Of a stretch of 64,000 bases of DNA, positions 13,460-24,412 are shown piece after piece. This DNA is from Podarcis gaigeae (taxonomy: Eukaryota). Made by a program: the position numbers and the translations under genes. The notes beneath the pieces were generated by a model. That model searched no databases and had not been told where the DNA came from. It was given only the letters and a program-made list of their open reading frames with translations. The stretch is from the NCBI GenBank assembly GCA_964106915.2, contig OZ066918.1; one strand, 5' to 3'. Numbering within the stretch: position 1 is the stretch's first letter; each line of letters starts with the position of its first letter.

Positions 13460-13595
13460 AATCAATCTCCAACATTTCCAGGGAGGCCAAGAGCAGACTC
13501 CTGCCTGAAAACTCGGAGAGCTACTGACGGTGCAGACAATATTGAACTAGATGGACCAAGGTCTCACTCAGTTTAAGGCAGCTTCCTATCTTCTC
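13460..13595 (+). mobile_element. Squamate SINE 3' portion
   Basis: GACTCCTGCCTGAAA...GGAGAGC...AGACAATATTGAACTAGATGGACCAAGGTCT.ACTCAGT.TAAGGCAGCTTCCTAT; related copies at ~27390-27470 (-) and split around 62760-62995. Confidence 0.7.
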
Positions 13596-15984
13596 TAGTA
13601 GGTCAGGACCTTGCACATTTCCCAGTTGTCCTGCTGGCTGAATTTTGGAATGTAGCAAAGAACTGGGGCATCTCAGGCCTTACATAGGCTAACCAGGCCT
13701 ATCCTGTAGTTGACCTTACCTTCTCGAGAAAACTGGCTGGTGCTGATTTAAAGAGTCCTTGTTGTTTTCTGCAGGCACTGGCAGCTACACTGTGAAAGGA
13801 TGTTATTGAGAGTTGATCCTCTGAGTCTGAAGAAGGCAGGAGCAGTGGTGGACCTTCAGGTCTCAAATTTCAGTGGCACCCTGTTTGATGCCAAAATTTA
13901 TCCCACCACCCATTTCTTGCACTCCATTCTAAATCCTAATTGGAACACCCTCTGTAGCACCCCCAAGGCTCGGCAGCCAGTGTGACCAAACTGCTTTGCC
14001 TCCCTGGTGAATATTCTCAAGCAGGGAGGGACCAAGAGAAAGTACTGACCTCCTCCCCACCAAAAAATGAACACCCTATGTTTCTTCTCCATCTGTATCC
14101 TCTAGGTAGTGAGAGGTGCTGCGTTTGGGCAGGAGGCATTGTCTGACACTAAACAGCAAGTTATTTTAAGAGGTTGAAGTTTTGCTCAAATGCAAAACTC
14201 AAAAAGAGCATCAAAACAAATGCAAATTGATGGCACACAAAGCAAAGAAAGTATTTGAAGAGGAAATTGTTAAAGGCAAAAAACACAAGCATTTCTTTAA
14301 AAACAAGAGCAGTAAATTAGCTAAGGAGGTAGTAGGATATTCAGAAGACAATGGACTGAAAGCAGTACCAAAGGCTGAAAGAGAACTGCAGGCAAACTGC
14401 ATTGGTGCTCACCATGGAAGATGATGGACAGACTGCCATGTCTGAAGTGCTGTATTTGAGCAGGGGCATCTGAGGAAGTGTCAGAAAGAAGTGACAAATG
14501 ATAAAGTTCCAAAGCTAACTGACAAAGTGCAAATTAAAAATCACAGAGGACAGATGGCATTCAGTGAAGAGCTCTTAAAGAACTCAGAGAGGAAATTGCT
14601 TCAGTTTAACAACAAAATGCACATCATTAAAATCAGCCTCTTTACCAAAGGATTAGAGGTTAACCAATGTCATACTTTTTTACTTTTTTCTTTTCTTTTT
14701 TTTAAAGAGACCTAGAGGGGACCTGGAAATAACAGAACTGTCCACCTTACTAGTGGTACATTGATTCGTAGAAAGCATTATCAAAGGCAGAATTGTTCAA
14801 TATATAGAAGAACAAGCTTTGCTGAGGATGAATCAGCATGGCTTCATCACATTTTCTGGATTTTTTTTTTTTAAAGTATCAGCCAGCACTCAGATGGGGT
14901 CATCTGTAGATATATTCTTGGACTTAGATAAAGTTTTTGACAATGTTCCTCACCAAATGCAAACATAGTGGTTTCAAGATGAAAGGACACACAGATCTGG
15001 CTTGGAAAGCCATGGGAAGACTAGCCCCATAGTATTACTGTGGTGCTCAGTGCTTATATCAGGAGATTAAACACTCTGCCTGATTTCTAGAGAATGATCT
15101 CTGAAGAGCAGACAGAGCTCTTTATCTCCCAAGCTCAGTGCTGAGTACCACGTTATAGTGGAGAGCTATAAAACAACAACAAATCTGGCTATATACACAT
15201 TAGCAGCTTAAAACCAAGTGAGGCTGTTCCCCCTGCTGCATTTCAAGTTTCATTTGCACATTGTTGTACACACTAGAAAAGGGAATGGGGGTGTCTTAGC
15301 CTGATGCACAGGACCTGTGTGGCTCCCCCATGCCTACAACCCCACCCCTGAACCATTTGTGAAGCTGTCATCTGCACATGTGCAATGGCTGTCTTAAATG
15401 CACACATCTCAAGTTAATTGTGAAGTGAATATGGCTTGTGTTTACAAATGTGATGAAAGCTGGTTTGAAGAAAAGCACACCAAACAATATTATTTCTCAA
15501 GATAATACAGGATAGATATGGATTGTGGCTAATGCAGTATGTACACATCCTCAAACACCAGCAGTGGGAGTGCACTGGATAAGGAGTGTGTAACTGTACA
15601 CAGCCTCAGGGTGCAATGACAGCGAAAAGGGCAAGCTCTGGGAACTGTCCGAAAATAAAACTGCCAGTATTGTAATGCTTTTATAGAAATCTATGGTAAA
15701 CCCATCTTTGGAATAGTGTGTACAATTTTATTAATTCATATTCAAAGAGATACACTGGAGCTAGGAAAGGTGCCAAATCTGGCAACCTAAATTATTTGGG
15801 GTGGGAATATATGTCCAGTGCCAAAAGCCTACATCATTTGGGACTTTTAGTTTAGAGTGGAGGAGACAATGGAAGGAGGACACACTATAAAATTATGAAT
15901 GGTGTGCTGATAGTGGATAGAGGAAGTTTTTCCTTGTAAAACTAGACCTCTTAAGATAATGCAGAACAGGCAAAAGGAAGTACT

Positions 15985-16279
15985 GGGTGGCATTCAACCA
16001 AGCTTTACTCAGAATAGAACCACTGAAATTCATGAACATGACTAAGGGTTCATCAACTCTTCCATTTGCCCAGTGACAAATCCACAGAAATCACGATTAA
16101 TGCTATTCTCACGATTCAGCTGCAAACAGTGCGTTTCCCTGGGGGAAAGTAGTGGGAGTAAAGAAAAACCTCTAGAACCCATATGCCTAGAGATCACAGG
16201 ATAGAGGTGTGGGTGAGCCCTGTAAGGTTCCTTAATTTTAGTGGGTCTACTGTGAGTAAAACCAACTTGAATACCACCC
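15985..16279. mobile_element. MITE with GGGTGG..TTCAA TIRs inserted in CR1, carrying a second internal inverted-repeat element (~16043-16222)
   Basis: GGGTGGCATTCAA...TTGAATACCACCC; flanks rejoin to CR1-like AAAAGGAAGTACT|TC..TTCACACAGC. Confidence 0.65.
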
Positions 16280-16667
16280 TCTGTTTCACACAGCATAGCA
16301 CTAACTTATGGAAGTCAATGCCACAGTGTTTTAAGACCTTTTAGATGGCTTTTAAAAAGAAGTAGCCATGGAGATTAATGACCATTAGTTCCGGTTGCTA
16401 AATGGAATCTCCGTGTTCTGAAGCTGGGGCATAAGAATGAATGGGGGAAACGCTCTTCCTTCCTTTCCTGTTTATGAGCTTCCCATAAACATTTGGCTCT
16501 TGGAGGCAGGGGACTGGACTGGATGGTCTGATCCTACAGGTCTTTGCTTTCTTTTTTAGGCGACCTTGTAGGCGGTAGTAACATAAATACTCGATACCTT
16601 TCTATGGTAATCTTTCACAACGTCCCAGCAAAGGAAATCACTCGCTATGCCCATCCCTACCTTGCAG

Positions 16668-16749
16668 ATGAATCCTACAATGGTAGAGTTGAAAGGGACC
16701 CCAAGGATCATCTATTCCACCCCATGCAATCTAGGAATCTCAGCTAAAG
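16668..16749 (-). mobile_element. CR1-type 3' tail fragment
   Basis: TAGAGTTGAAAGGGACCCCAAGGATCATCTA...GCAA..AGGAATCTCAGCTAAAG matches the CR1 3' end at 23009. Confidence 0.7.
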
Positions 16750-16787
16750 TAAGAAATGGGGGCAAAGAGAGCTAGCGGCTTGCCTAG

Positions 16788-16977
16788 CATAGGAGCCAAC
16801 TCCTAGGGGCTGAGGTCCTTTGCCCCCTCCCCCCAAAAATATTTGCGGGGCCCCACCCCCAAAGTTGATAGGTATTGCCGTTCAAATGATCTGTGCGCAC
16901 CGCGTCTTGTGATCGATTGTGTGGGGTAGGGCTTACCTCCCCCCCCCCCCAATATTTTATTCAAGTTGGCACCCCTG
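16788..16977. mobile_element. hAT-superfamily MITE, 190 bp
   Basis: TIRs CATAGGAGCCAACT / AGTTGGCACCCCTG; perfect 8-bp TSD TTGCCTAG (16780-16787 and 16978-16985). Related partial copies at ~1948-2062 and ~47637-47770. Confidence 0.9.
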
Positions 16978-18688
16978 TTGCCTAGTGAGTTGCCCCAGTG
17001 AACTCTGCGTCATCACTTGGTTCTTTCCTTCTTTTTCTTTTCACCTTCCCAAGCCTGTCTACAGCAACTAGTCCTTGCAACGATAGTCCATGCGCCTTTA
17101 CGAGTCCCGGACCCGGCGCTCGAGCCACCCGCTCGGGCAGGCATTCCGCGCCAGAGGTGTAGCCGCCGCCGCCGCGCCCTGCTGGCTCCTCCCTGTCTCC
17201 GCGCACCCGCGCGCCTCTTTGGGCATGCAGCCGCAGTAGGAGTGCAAGATTCGCTCGGAACGCCAGCCGCTCCGGAACCGACCAGGCAGCGGCGGCGGCT
17301 GCCCACCCAACCCCCCATCCACCTACCCACCCCACTCCTTACTGGATCTCCCCCTCCCACTCCGAAGCGGGGTTGCCCGGATCGTTCCGCTATCTTTGTG
17401 CGCAATAAAGAAACCACCCCGAGGCTTGGCCACGGGGAGGCGGCATCCTCGCCTCCGCCCCCCTACTCTCAGCGCACCAGCCTCTCCCGCACCCCCAACA
17501 TGCTGCAATAGGAGCACTCAGCCTCCGGGAAAGAGGGCTGCCTGTCCGGCCAAAGGGAGCGCCGAGACCCGCGCGGAACAGTCCTGGCCGCCTCCCTCGG
17601 CAGGGTTGTTATTCCCAATAAGGAATATATATACAGTATGTGTGATTTTTCCCACCCCTCCGCCTTAGCCACCCCCTTTCCCCGCTTCATGTAACTGCTG
17701 GAAGCTCCTTTGATTGAGTAGCTTTGTTTTAATGATTATTTCCCCCTCCCGGATCCGGATCCAGTTTGGATGTCGCCTTGGACTTGTCAGCAATGCCGGG
17801 CTGGTGGCGGCGGCGGCAGCGGCTCCCGGTTCTCCCGCCGCGTCTGCGCCTCGGCTCGCTCGCTTGCTCGCTCTCCTTTCCCTCCGCGCTGCCTTCGGAT
17901 TGGTCTCTCCGCTTTAAAGTGCTGTCCAAGGGTTGGCTGCAGGGCTGCTGAATAACAGGTGCAGTTTGCTGCTCCGTCGCTTCGGGGAGGAGGAGGAGGT
18001 GGGGGGCAGGGGGGGAGAAGGAAAGAAAGCCCAGCAGCCGAGGAATGTCGCCGCTGCTGCTCCAGCCGCCGCTGCTTCTGCTTGGGGGGTGGGGTGGAAA
18101 GGGGGGCATCTTCAACATCATCACCCAAAACCAGGAGCCAGAGGAGCTTGTTTTTCCCACTCCCGCTTCCATATGGAGAAATGGGTTTCGTGATTGTTGC
18201 TGAATGCGGATCTCTGGGTTAGGAACGAGAAGGGGGAGACAGAAAAAGCACCACACCAGCCCCAGCACCCAGGGATCATCATTATCACCATCGAAGGAGG
18301 TGGATTTTTGGGGACTGCTGTTTTGGGTTCGTGCGAGAAGAAGCGCCGAGGATTTTTCATGTATTTGGGGGGGGGATAAGGGGGGGAATCGAAGGTAAAA
18401 AAGGAGGCTACTTCAGCACTGCTGGAGGATGGAGAGAGCTCGGCCATTCCAGCTGATTCAGCAGCGGTTGTGTGAATGCGTGTGGATGTATATGTGATGG
18501 CGGGGGGGTTACAGAGCTCTAGGTTGAATGGGGAAATGTCCTTTCGGTAACTGACGGCAGTTTCCCCCTCCGTTCTGTGGGATCTTCTTCTTTCTCCCTC
18601 CCCACCCCTCCCTCCCTCCCTCCCTCTGTGGCTCGCTCGCTCTCTTTCTCGCCTTTGCGCGCCCCCTCCCTCGCCGCCTTTGCTCCGC

Positions 18689-18751
18689 ATGCTTCTCGCT
18701 CCCCCCCGATGCCTTTTCTTTCCCCGGGGGGAGGGTGTGCCAGGCCCCTAG
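18689..18751 (+). promoter_or_regulatory. Upstream ORF 1 (20 codons), stops 4 nt before the NRG3 ATG
   Basis: ATG 18689 to TAG 18749-18751, out of frame with the main CDS; requires a TSS upstream of 18689. Confidence 0.5.
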
Positions 18752-18759
18752 GAGGATGA
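18709..18759 (+). promoter_or_regulatory. Upstream ORF 2 (MPFLSPGGGCARPLGG*), stop overlaps the NRG3 start (ATGA)
   Basis: ATG 18709; TGA 18757-18759 overlaps ATG 18756-18758. Confidence 0.5.
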
Positions 18760-19506
18760 GCGAAGGGGTCTCCTCTCCTCCGGGTGCCGCAGCTGGTGCC
18801 GAGGAGGGGGCGGCGGCCGGAGCCGGGGGTCCCGCGGGCGGCGGCGGCAATGGGGGCGCCGACCCGGCGGCCCGCGAGGTGCGCTGCAGCGACTGCATCG
18901 TGTGGAACCGGCAGCAGACGTGGCTGTGCGTGGTGCCCCTCTTCATCGGCTTCGTGGGCTTGGGGCTCAGCCTGATGCTGCTCAAGTGGATCGTGGTGGG
19001 CTCCGTCAAGGAGTACGTGCCCACCGAGCTGATGGATTCCAAAGGCATCGAGCAGGACCCCTTCTTCCTCTCCAAGCAGCCCACCACGCCGCCCAAAAGC
19101 GTGGACACCACCACCACCAGCACGGCCACTACCACCACGTCGAGGACACCCAATCGGATAAGTACCCGCCTCACCACCATGACCAAGGCGCCCACCCGCT
19201 TCCCGGGCACCCGGGGCCCGTTCCGCGCCGGCCTGCCGAGATCCACCACGGCGCGCCACACGGTCGCGCCCCCGACCGTCCTTGCCACCACCACCACCGC
19301 TGTCCCTTTCAGCACCACCATCCTGATTTCCCGCCCTGCGCCTGGCACCCCTGGGACCCAGCCTCTGCCCATCTGGCCCACTGCGGCATACACTACCTCC
19401 TCCTACAAGACCTATCTTCAGGACTCTGCTCCGTCCTGGACCTTATCCCCCTTCCAAGAGGCCAGCACCACCACCACGCCAGAGGCCAACACCAGCCCCA
19501 AATACC
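18756..19506 (+). CDS. NRG3: Neuregulin-3 (pro-NRG3), first coding exon: 250 codons + 1 nt; N-terminal Cys-containing/transmembrane segment and Ser/Thr-rich mucin-like stalk; CDS continues beyond window
   Basis: Translation MSEGVSSPPG...EVRCSDCIVWNRQQTWLCVVPLFIGFVGLGLSLMLLKWIVVGSVKEYVPT...QDPFFLSK...SRTPNRISTRLTT...WTLSPFQ...TSPKY matches the mammalian NRG3 N-terminus as I recall it. True ATG is at 18756 (A at -3); the track's 18735 start is a GTG. The exon ends TAC C|GTAAGT, a phase-1 donor consistent with the next codon being His as in human ...SPKFH. Confidence 0.97.
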
Positions 19507-20413
19507 GTAAGTGAGACCAAACTTCTTGCTTTGCGTCAATAGGGGGAAGGCTTCCCCCTTCCCTTTTTTGGAATCCGGGTTGTTGGCGTATGGGTGATTC
19601 TTTATGTATATATATATGGAGGGGGTGGGGTGCTGGTGAAATGTCTCTGTTCTAGACCTGATTTCGAGTGCTTGTAACTTGGTGCAAATACGCAAAGGCA
19701 TCCAGGCTTCCTTGAAGTTTGTGTGGGCTTTTCTTCCAGCCTGGATTCTTTCAGGAGATATTCCCTCCTCTTTTGGATGTTTGTGATGGTGATGATGATG
19801 GAGATGTAACTCTCCTAATGGGCCCTTGGAGGTGGAATTCATTCACAAGACAACAGAGAGAGAGAGAAGAGCCAGCCCCCACCTCTCCATTTCTCGCTTT
19901 GCCTTACCCCACCCTCCAAAGCAAAAACAACACACACACCTAATTCAAGAGGAAAAGGGAATGTAGCATGTTTGGGGACATCACCAGTGGTCCTTTCAAG
20001 GGCTTTTGTCAGCGTCCTGGGCTGGAGGGAGAAAAATGCTGACCTTGATGGTTCTGTGGCTTATAAGGAGATGGAGAGGAAGTTAAAACTGAGAGCTAGT
20101 GCTTTGGACTGGAGCTTTGGCTAGGTTGTGCTCAGGATTGTTTGACAAGGGGTGTGTGCCTCTGTGCTGGTGTGTTTGTCTTCACCTTCTCATTCCCCTC
20201 CCACCTTTAGAAAAGACAAGACAAGAAATGCTTTCCAGCCCAACTGTGATCCACAGTCCCTTCCCCAGGGTGCTGCGCCATTGCAAAATAATGAGCCCCA
20301 ATTCCATTTCAGGAGAATGGAGGAGAGAGCACACCCCATGAATATATGCATCAGCTCAGGGAAGTCACCTTTCTCTTCCTGTGAGGCTCGCTCCAGCCTC
20401 ATCAAATGAGTGC

Positions 20414-20541
20414 NNNNNNNNNNNNNNNNNNNNNNNNNNNNNNNNNNNNNNNNNNNNNNNNNNNNNNNNNNNNNNNNNNNNNNNNNNNNNNNNNNNNNNN
20501 NNNNNNNNNNNNNNNNNNNNNNNNNNNNNNNNNNNNNNNNN
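20414..20541. other. Assembly gap (128 N)
   Basis: Run of N. Confidence 1.
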
Positions 20542-21664
20542 CAGATAGGTGGATGGGTGGGGATCTTTCCTCCCCCCTCTTATCGGACTACTAGGCTATT
20601 GGTTTCCAGCACTAACACACACACTCCAATCCATTCTCCTCACCCCTCTCATTTGAAAATGAGGATTGGGTACATTCTCTTGTGAAGGTTATCTAGGACA
20701 AATATCATCACAATCCTCTCTCTCTGCTCAGCCAACTTCTGGGTACCACTATTTAAGGAGTGGAGGGCCTGTGATCATAATTGGGTATTTGTCTGTCTTT
20801 TTTGATATGGCAGAGCAAGCTAGAAGCTGGGTTGCTACATGAAGATGGGAATCCTGTACTTACCAGTGAGTAAGTTCCATAGAACTCAGCAGAGCTTACT
20901 TCTGAGTAGGCAGACATAGACTTGCACTGTAAATCCCATTCTGAACCAATTTTATTACCCTGCACTCTCTTCCCAATCTGATGGGTTTGCTTACTTAAAT
21001 AATTTGTTCCCTCTTTGTTCTTTCTCAAATATTCCTTTAAAGCTGTTTGCTGCTCATAATCTAGGCTGAAGAGCAATATGTGGGAGCCAAGGGATGCTAT
21101 GGTTTGAGGAAATCAAGCAAAGGGTGTGTGTGGAACTAACCTGGGGGAATCAGCCCAAGAGGATAGAGTACATGAGATGGTCAGTGAGAGGTAATATATC
21201 CTGTGGTCAACAGGGAAGAGGCAGCTGGAAGGTTGTTAAGTTGCATTTGGCTAGTGTCCTTTTTGTGATTTGGGGATAGTGTTCATTCCTTTACAGAAAA
21301 TGAAGCTGAAATGCAGAAACACACCTTCCTCGCTCCTCTCCTTGCTTCCCTCCAGAGACTGCCTGATTTTTCATGCTATGCCCCCTCTTGCGTTTGAAGC
21401 TCCTTCAGAGCAGAAACCTATCTGGTATTTCCCAAATGCATTTATTGTCTGCTGCTGGCCAGACAGGATGTTGTGAAATTTGGAAATGCTACCCTGCAGC
21501 CCATTTTCCTCCCCATCTAATTCCCTCCCCCAATCCAACTCCGTCTGTAAGAAGACTGGTAAATCCACTATGATTTTCTAACCTTGCTGAGTCCTTAGAT
21601 TATAGAACCTGCTTAATAGATGACTGTCAGCTGGCAGGACATACTATCCACCCTAACCAGCCCA

Positions 21665-21668
<4 letters not shown>

Positions 21669-21705
<37 letters not shown>

Positions 21706-21729
21706 ATATGCACACACACACACACACAC
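21669..21729. repeat. (CT)n/(CA)n compound microsatellite
   Basis: Direct inspection. Confidence 0.95.
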
Positions 21730-22375
21730 CCATGGCACACATATGTTCAAGGACTGTTTATATTTGCAAGCAATCCTTCGTCCAGATCTTGCTAATATAA
21801 CTGTTTAAATCAGAGTTTAGACCTTTGTGTTCCCTCCCTCTTCGCTCTTCCCTGCCCCCCTGCAGCTTTGCTAAAGCACAAAATATAAGAAGTGCAAATC
21901 CACCAGAAATTGACCCTGTTTGAGCACATTGATAGCCTGTGATTATCATTAACGGGAGATTAAATAGATTACATAAAAAAGGATTGGAATTTATAGGGCA
22001 TGTGGAATTCCTCTCCCTCCCCCACCCTCCCCAAAGCAGCACAATTTTCTGTTTCACATAATCTTTCTATCAGGTTACAGTGGGAACAGAGTGGAAGTGA
22101 TACTGTAATTTTTCCTTGGTGGGTGCTCAACCTTCTGACCTGATATCTACATCTTTCACTCACTTTGATCCTCAATTCTCCCCCTTCCATTTTAAGGCCT
22201 TTTGTAGGAAAGGGGGGAAACGTAGATAAAAGGAATACATTCAAATAAATTAGTTTCTGGACTCAGCTGTCTGTTTCTGCTCTTCCTATGACTCTGTTTC
22301 TTGATAATAATAGTAATAATAATAATAATAACAAGAAAAGATAAAAACTGGGTCTACAGTATTGTGTGAATATGA

Positions 22376-22380
<5 letters not shown>

Positions 22381-22427
<47 letters not shown>
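22381..22427. repeat. (TA)n microsatellite
   Basis: Direct inspection. Confidence 0.97.
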
Positions 22428-22431
<4 letters not shown>

Positions 22432-23008
22432 ATGCTGAGCAAATTCTTGTGTGACAGTCTTGATGGGAGAAAGGCACACACTAAAGGCAAATATGCAATG
22501 CTTTGTTTAACTACTAATATTTTTTTAAAAAACGGAAGTGCTGTGGAGGGGTAAGGTTCAGGATATCTCACAGAATTCTCAGCACCACATTTCCCAGGAT
22601 CCACTAGGGGAAGCCGTGGTGGTTTAAAGGGGCATGCAAGCATCAGAGATATCGTATTGTAGGTAGGCCTTGTGAATGTCTTCCTGGTGTTTTTGAAAGA
22701 GGAGTGCCTGATATGAATTCATGTGGAGTGATGTTTGAGACCTTTGCTGGGTTTTTAAAAGGGATCCCCCCTCCCTCAGCTTTTTCCTCTTACAGCTGTT
22801 ATGAACAATGAACAATCATTTACTCAGAGTCATCCACTCTTCTTTATCTGTAGAAACAAGCAAGACCCATATGCAATGAGCCCCCTTGGAGATAATTCAG
22901 AATCTTATTTTAATTTTATTCCTTAGCACATAGGTGACTCAAAATGAGACACCGGCCACAATAACGAAGACTTTGCCAAACTTGTTCCCTCCAAAATTTG
23001 TAGGGCTA

Positions 23009-23400
23009 CATAGAATCGTAGAATTGGAAGGGATCCCAAGGGACATCTAGTCCAACCACCTCCAATGCAGGAATCTCGACTAAAGCATCCATGTCAGATG
23101 GCCATCCAAATTCTGCTTAAAAACCTCTAAGGAGGGAGAATCCACTACCTCTTTTGGGAGTCTGTTCCACTGTCAAACAGCTTTTACCATCAGAAATTTC
23201 TTCTTGATGTTTAGTTGGAATCTCCTTTCTTATAACTTGAATCCATTGGTTCAGGTCCTAGCATCCAGAGAAGGCGAAAACAAGCTTGCTACATTCTCCA
23301 CATGACAGCCCATTAGATGTTTAAAGATGGCTACCATATCTCCCTTTAATCTCCTCTTTACTAGGCTAAACATACCAAATTTTCTCAGCTGTTCCTCATA
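23009..23400 (-). mobile_element. 5'-truncated CR1 LINE 3' end inserted in a palindromic MITE
   Basis: Begins CATAGAATCGTAGAAT, the reverse complement of the CR1 ATTCTATG tail, followed by typical CR1 3' UTR/ORF2 end. Flanks rejoin to GGCTACA|ACTC of the host MITE (~22972-23490). Confidence 0.9.
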
Positions 23401-23749
23401 ACTCTCTTCCTTCCTGGCCTGCACTGGCTAGGGTTGATGGGAGTTGTAGTCTAACAATATCTGGAGGACACAAGGTTGTTGGAAGCTGCCACAATTTTAT
23501 TTATTTATTAAATTTGCATAAAGGAAGCCTGAGTTGTAGATGTGAAGAATGAAAACAGACAAACAATGGATTCTGTAGTTGCTTTGGTTTCTTTCAGGGC
23601 AACACACCCATTTGTATATGGTAACAAGAGGCTGGGAGTGTAGCAGTAGCATCACTAGGGTGGAACAGTAGGAGCACTTGCCCTCAGTACATACTGGATG
23701 GAGCAGCAAAGTTTAATCAAAGATCCTGTATTGGCAGTGTGTTATAATA

Positions 23750-23990
23750 CAGTGGTACCTCGGGTTAAAAACACTTCGGTTTACAAACACTTTGGGTTAC
23801 AGACTCTGCTAACCCGGAAGTAGTACCTCGGGTAAGAAGTTTACCTCAGGATGAGAACAGAAATCATGTGTGGGCGGCGTGGCAGCAATGGGAGGCCCCA
23901 TTAGCTAAAGAGGTACCTCAGGTTAAGAACAGTTTCAGGTTAAGAACGGACCTCTGGAATGGATTAAGTTTGTGACCAGAGGTACAACTG
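23750..23990. mobile_element. Tigger-like MITE, 241 bp, same family as 2958-3198 in opposite orientation
   Basis: TA-CAGTGGTACCTCGGGTTA...GACCAGAGGTACAACTG-TA. Confidence 0.9.
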
Positions 23991-24284
23991 TAATTTTAAT
24001 ACAATGTTTCCTTGCCAGGAGGCTTGGTGAGGGCAGCAAACTTGGAAGAATAGCTTCTCAATGGACCAGCATTTGCAGCCTCACACAGGATAGTCATACT
24101 GGGGGCAAAATGACTAGAGCAGTGAGGGGTTCCCCCCCCCCCATAAGAGTTCCTGAACAGGAGAATTCCATTTGCACAGTGACAACTTGGCATTTCAGCA
24201 TCAACTGGTCCCATTTTATGGGGTGAGGTAGGAGTGTTACAGGATTGGAAATCTGCCCTGATTGCAAAAATGGAAGAGATGTGA

Positions 24285-24412
24285 GGAAACTGTGGCTCTC
24301 CAGATGTTGTTGGAATACAACTTACTTCAGCCCCAGCCAGCATGGCTTATGGTCAAGAGTGGTGGGAGTTGAAGTTCAAGAACATCTGGAAGGCAAATGA
24401 TTCCCCATCCCT
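24285..24412. mobile_element. Palindromic non-autonomous DNA transposon (hAT-like MITE)
   Basis: CCAGATGTT..GGA.TACAACT...GGGAGTTG.AGT..AACATCTGG hairpin. Further copies at ~11690-11770, 35333-35445, 37463-37597, 39440-39562, 45226-45342 and 48805-48932. Confidence 0.75.

Larger units (their letters stand above)
12080..16530 (+). mobile_element. Old fragmented CR1 LINE ORF2 (endonuclease, RT, C-terminus) with multiple nested insertions
   Basis: KILDRINDC..EQLV..TRGEETLDLIL (~12150-12250); GDLEITEL/PGN.R.V.LTS...VESIIKGRIVQYIEEQALLRMNQHGF...DKVFDNVPHQ (~14715-14955); C-terminal and 3' remnants at 15550-16530. Many stops and frameshifts. Confidence 0.85.
17080..19500. promoter_or_regulatory. 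CpG island covering NRG3 promoter, 5' leader and exon 1
   Basis: Abrupt rise in GC and CpG density (GCC/GGC runs, GC-box-like CCGCCC) against a CpG-depleted AT-rich background; overlaps the first coding exon. Confidence 0.9.

Noticed and set aside
14182-14715. Lys-rich ORFs as host exons
   Set aside because: Pieces of decayed CR1 ORF2.
16982-18690. Many 60-190 aa ORFs on both strands
   Set aside because: Expected in a CpG island; low-complexity Pro/Arg/Gly/Ala content with no recognisable domain.
19299-19316. RE1 half-sites in divergent arrangement (GCTGTCC-ct-TTCAGCACC) within the exon
   Set aside because: Not the standard geometry and explainable by coding sequence; too weak without ChIP data.
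18509-19393. 294-aa and 246-aa antisense ORFs over NRG3 exon 1
   Set aside because: Shadow frames of a GC-rich, stop-poor coding exon; the Val/Gly runs simply mirror the (ACC)n Thr codons.
18902-19510. 202-aa His-rich alternative-frame ORF
   Set aside because: Starts at GTG with no in-frame ATG; the His runs are frameshifted (ACC)n.
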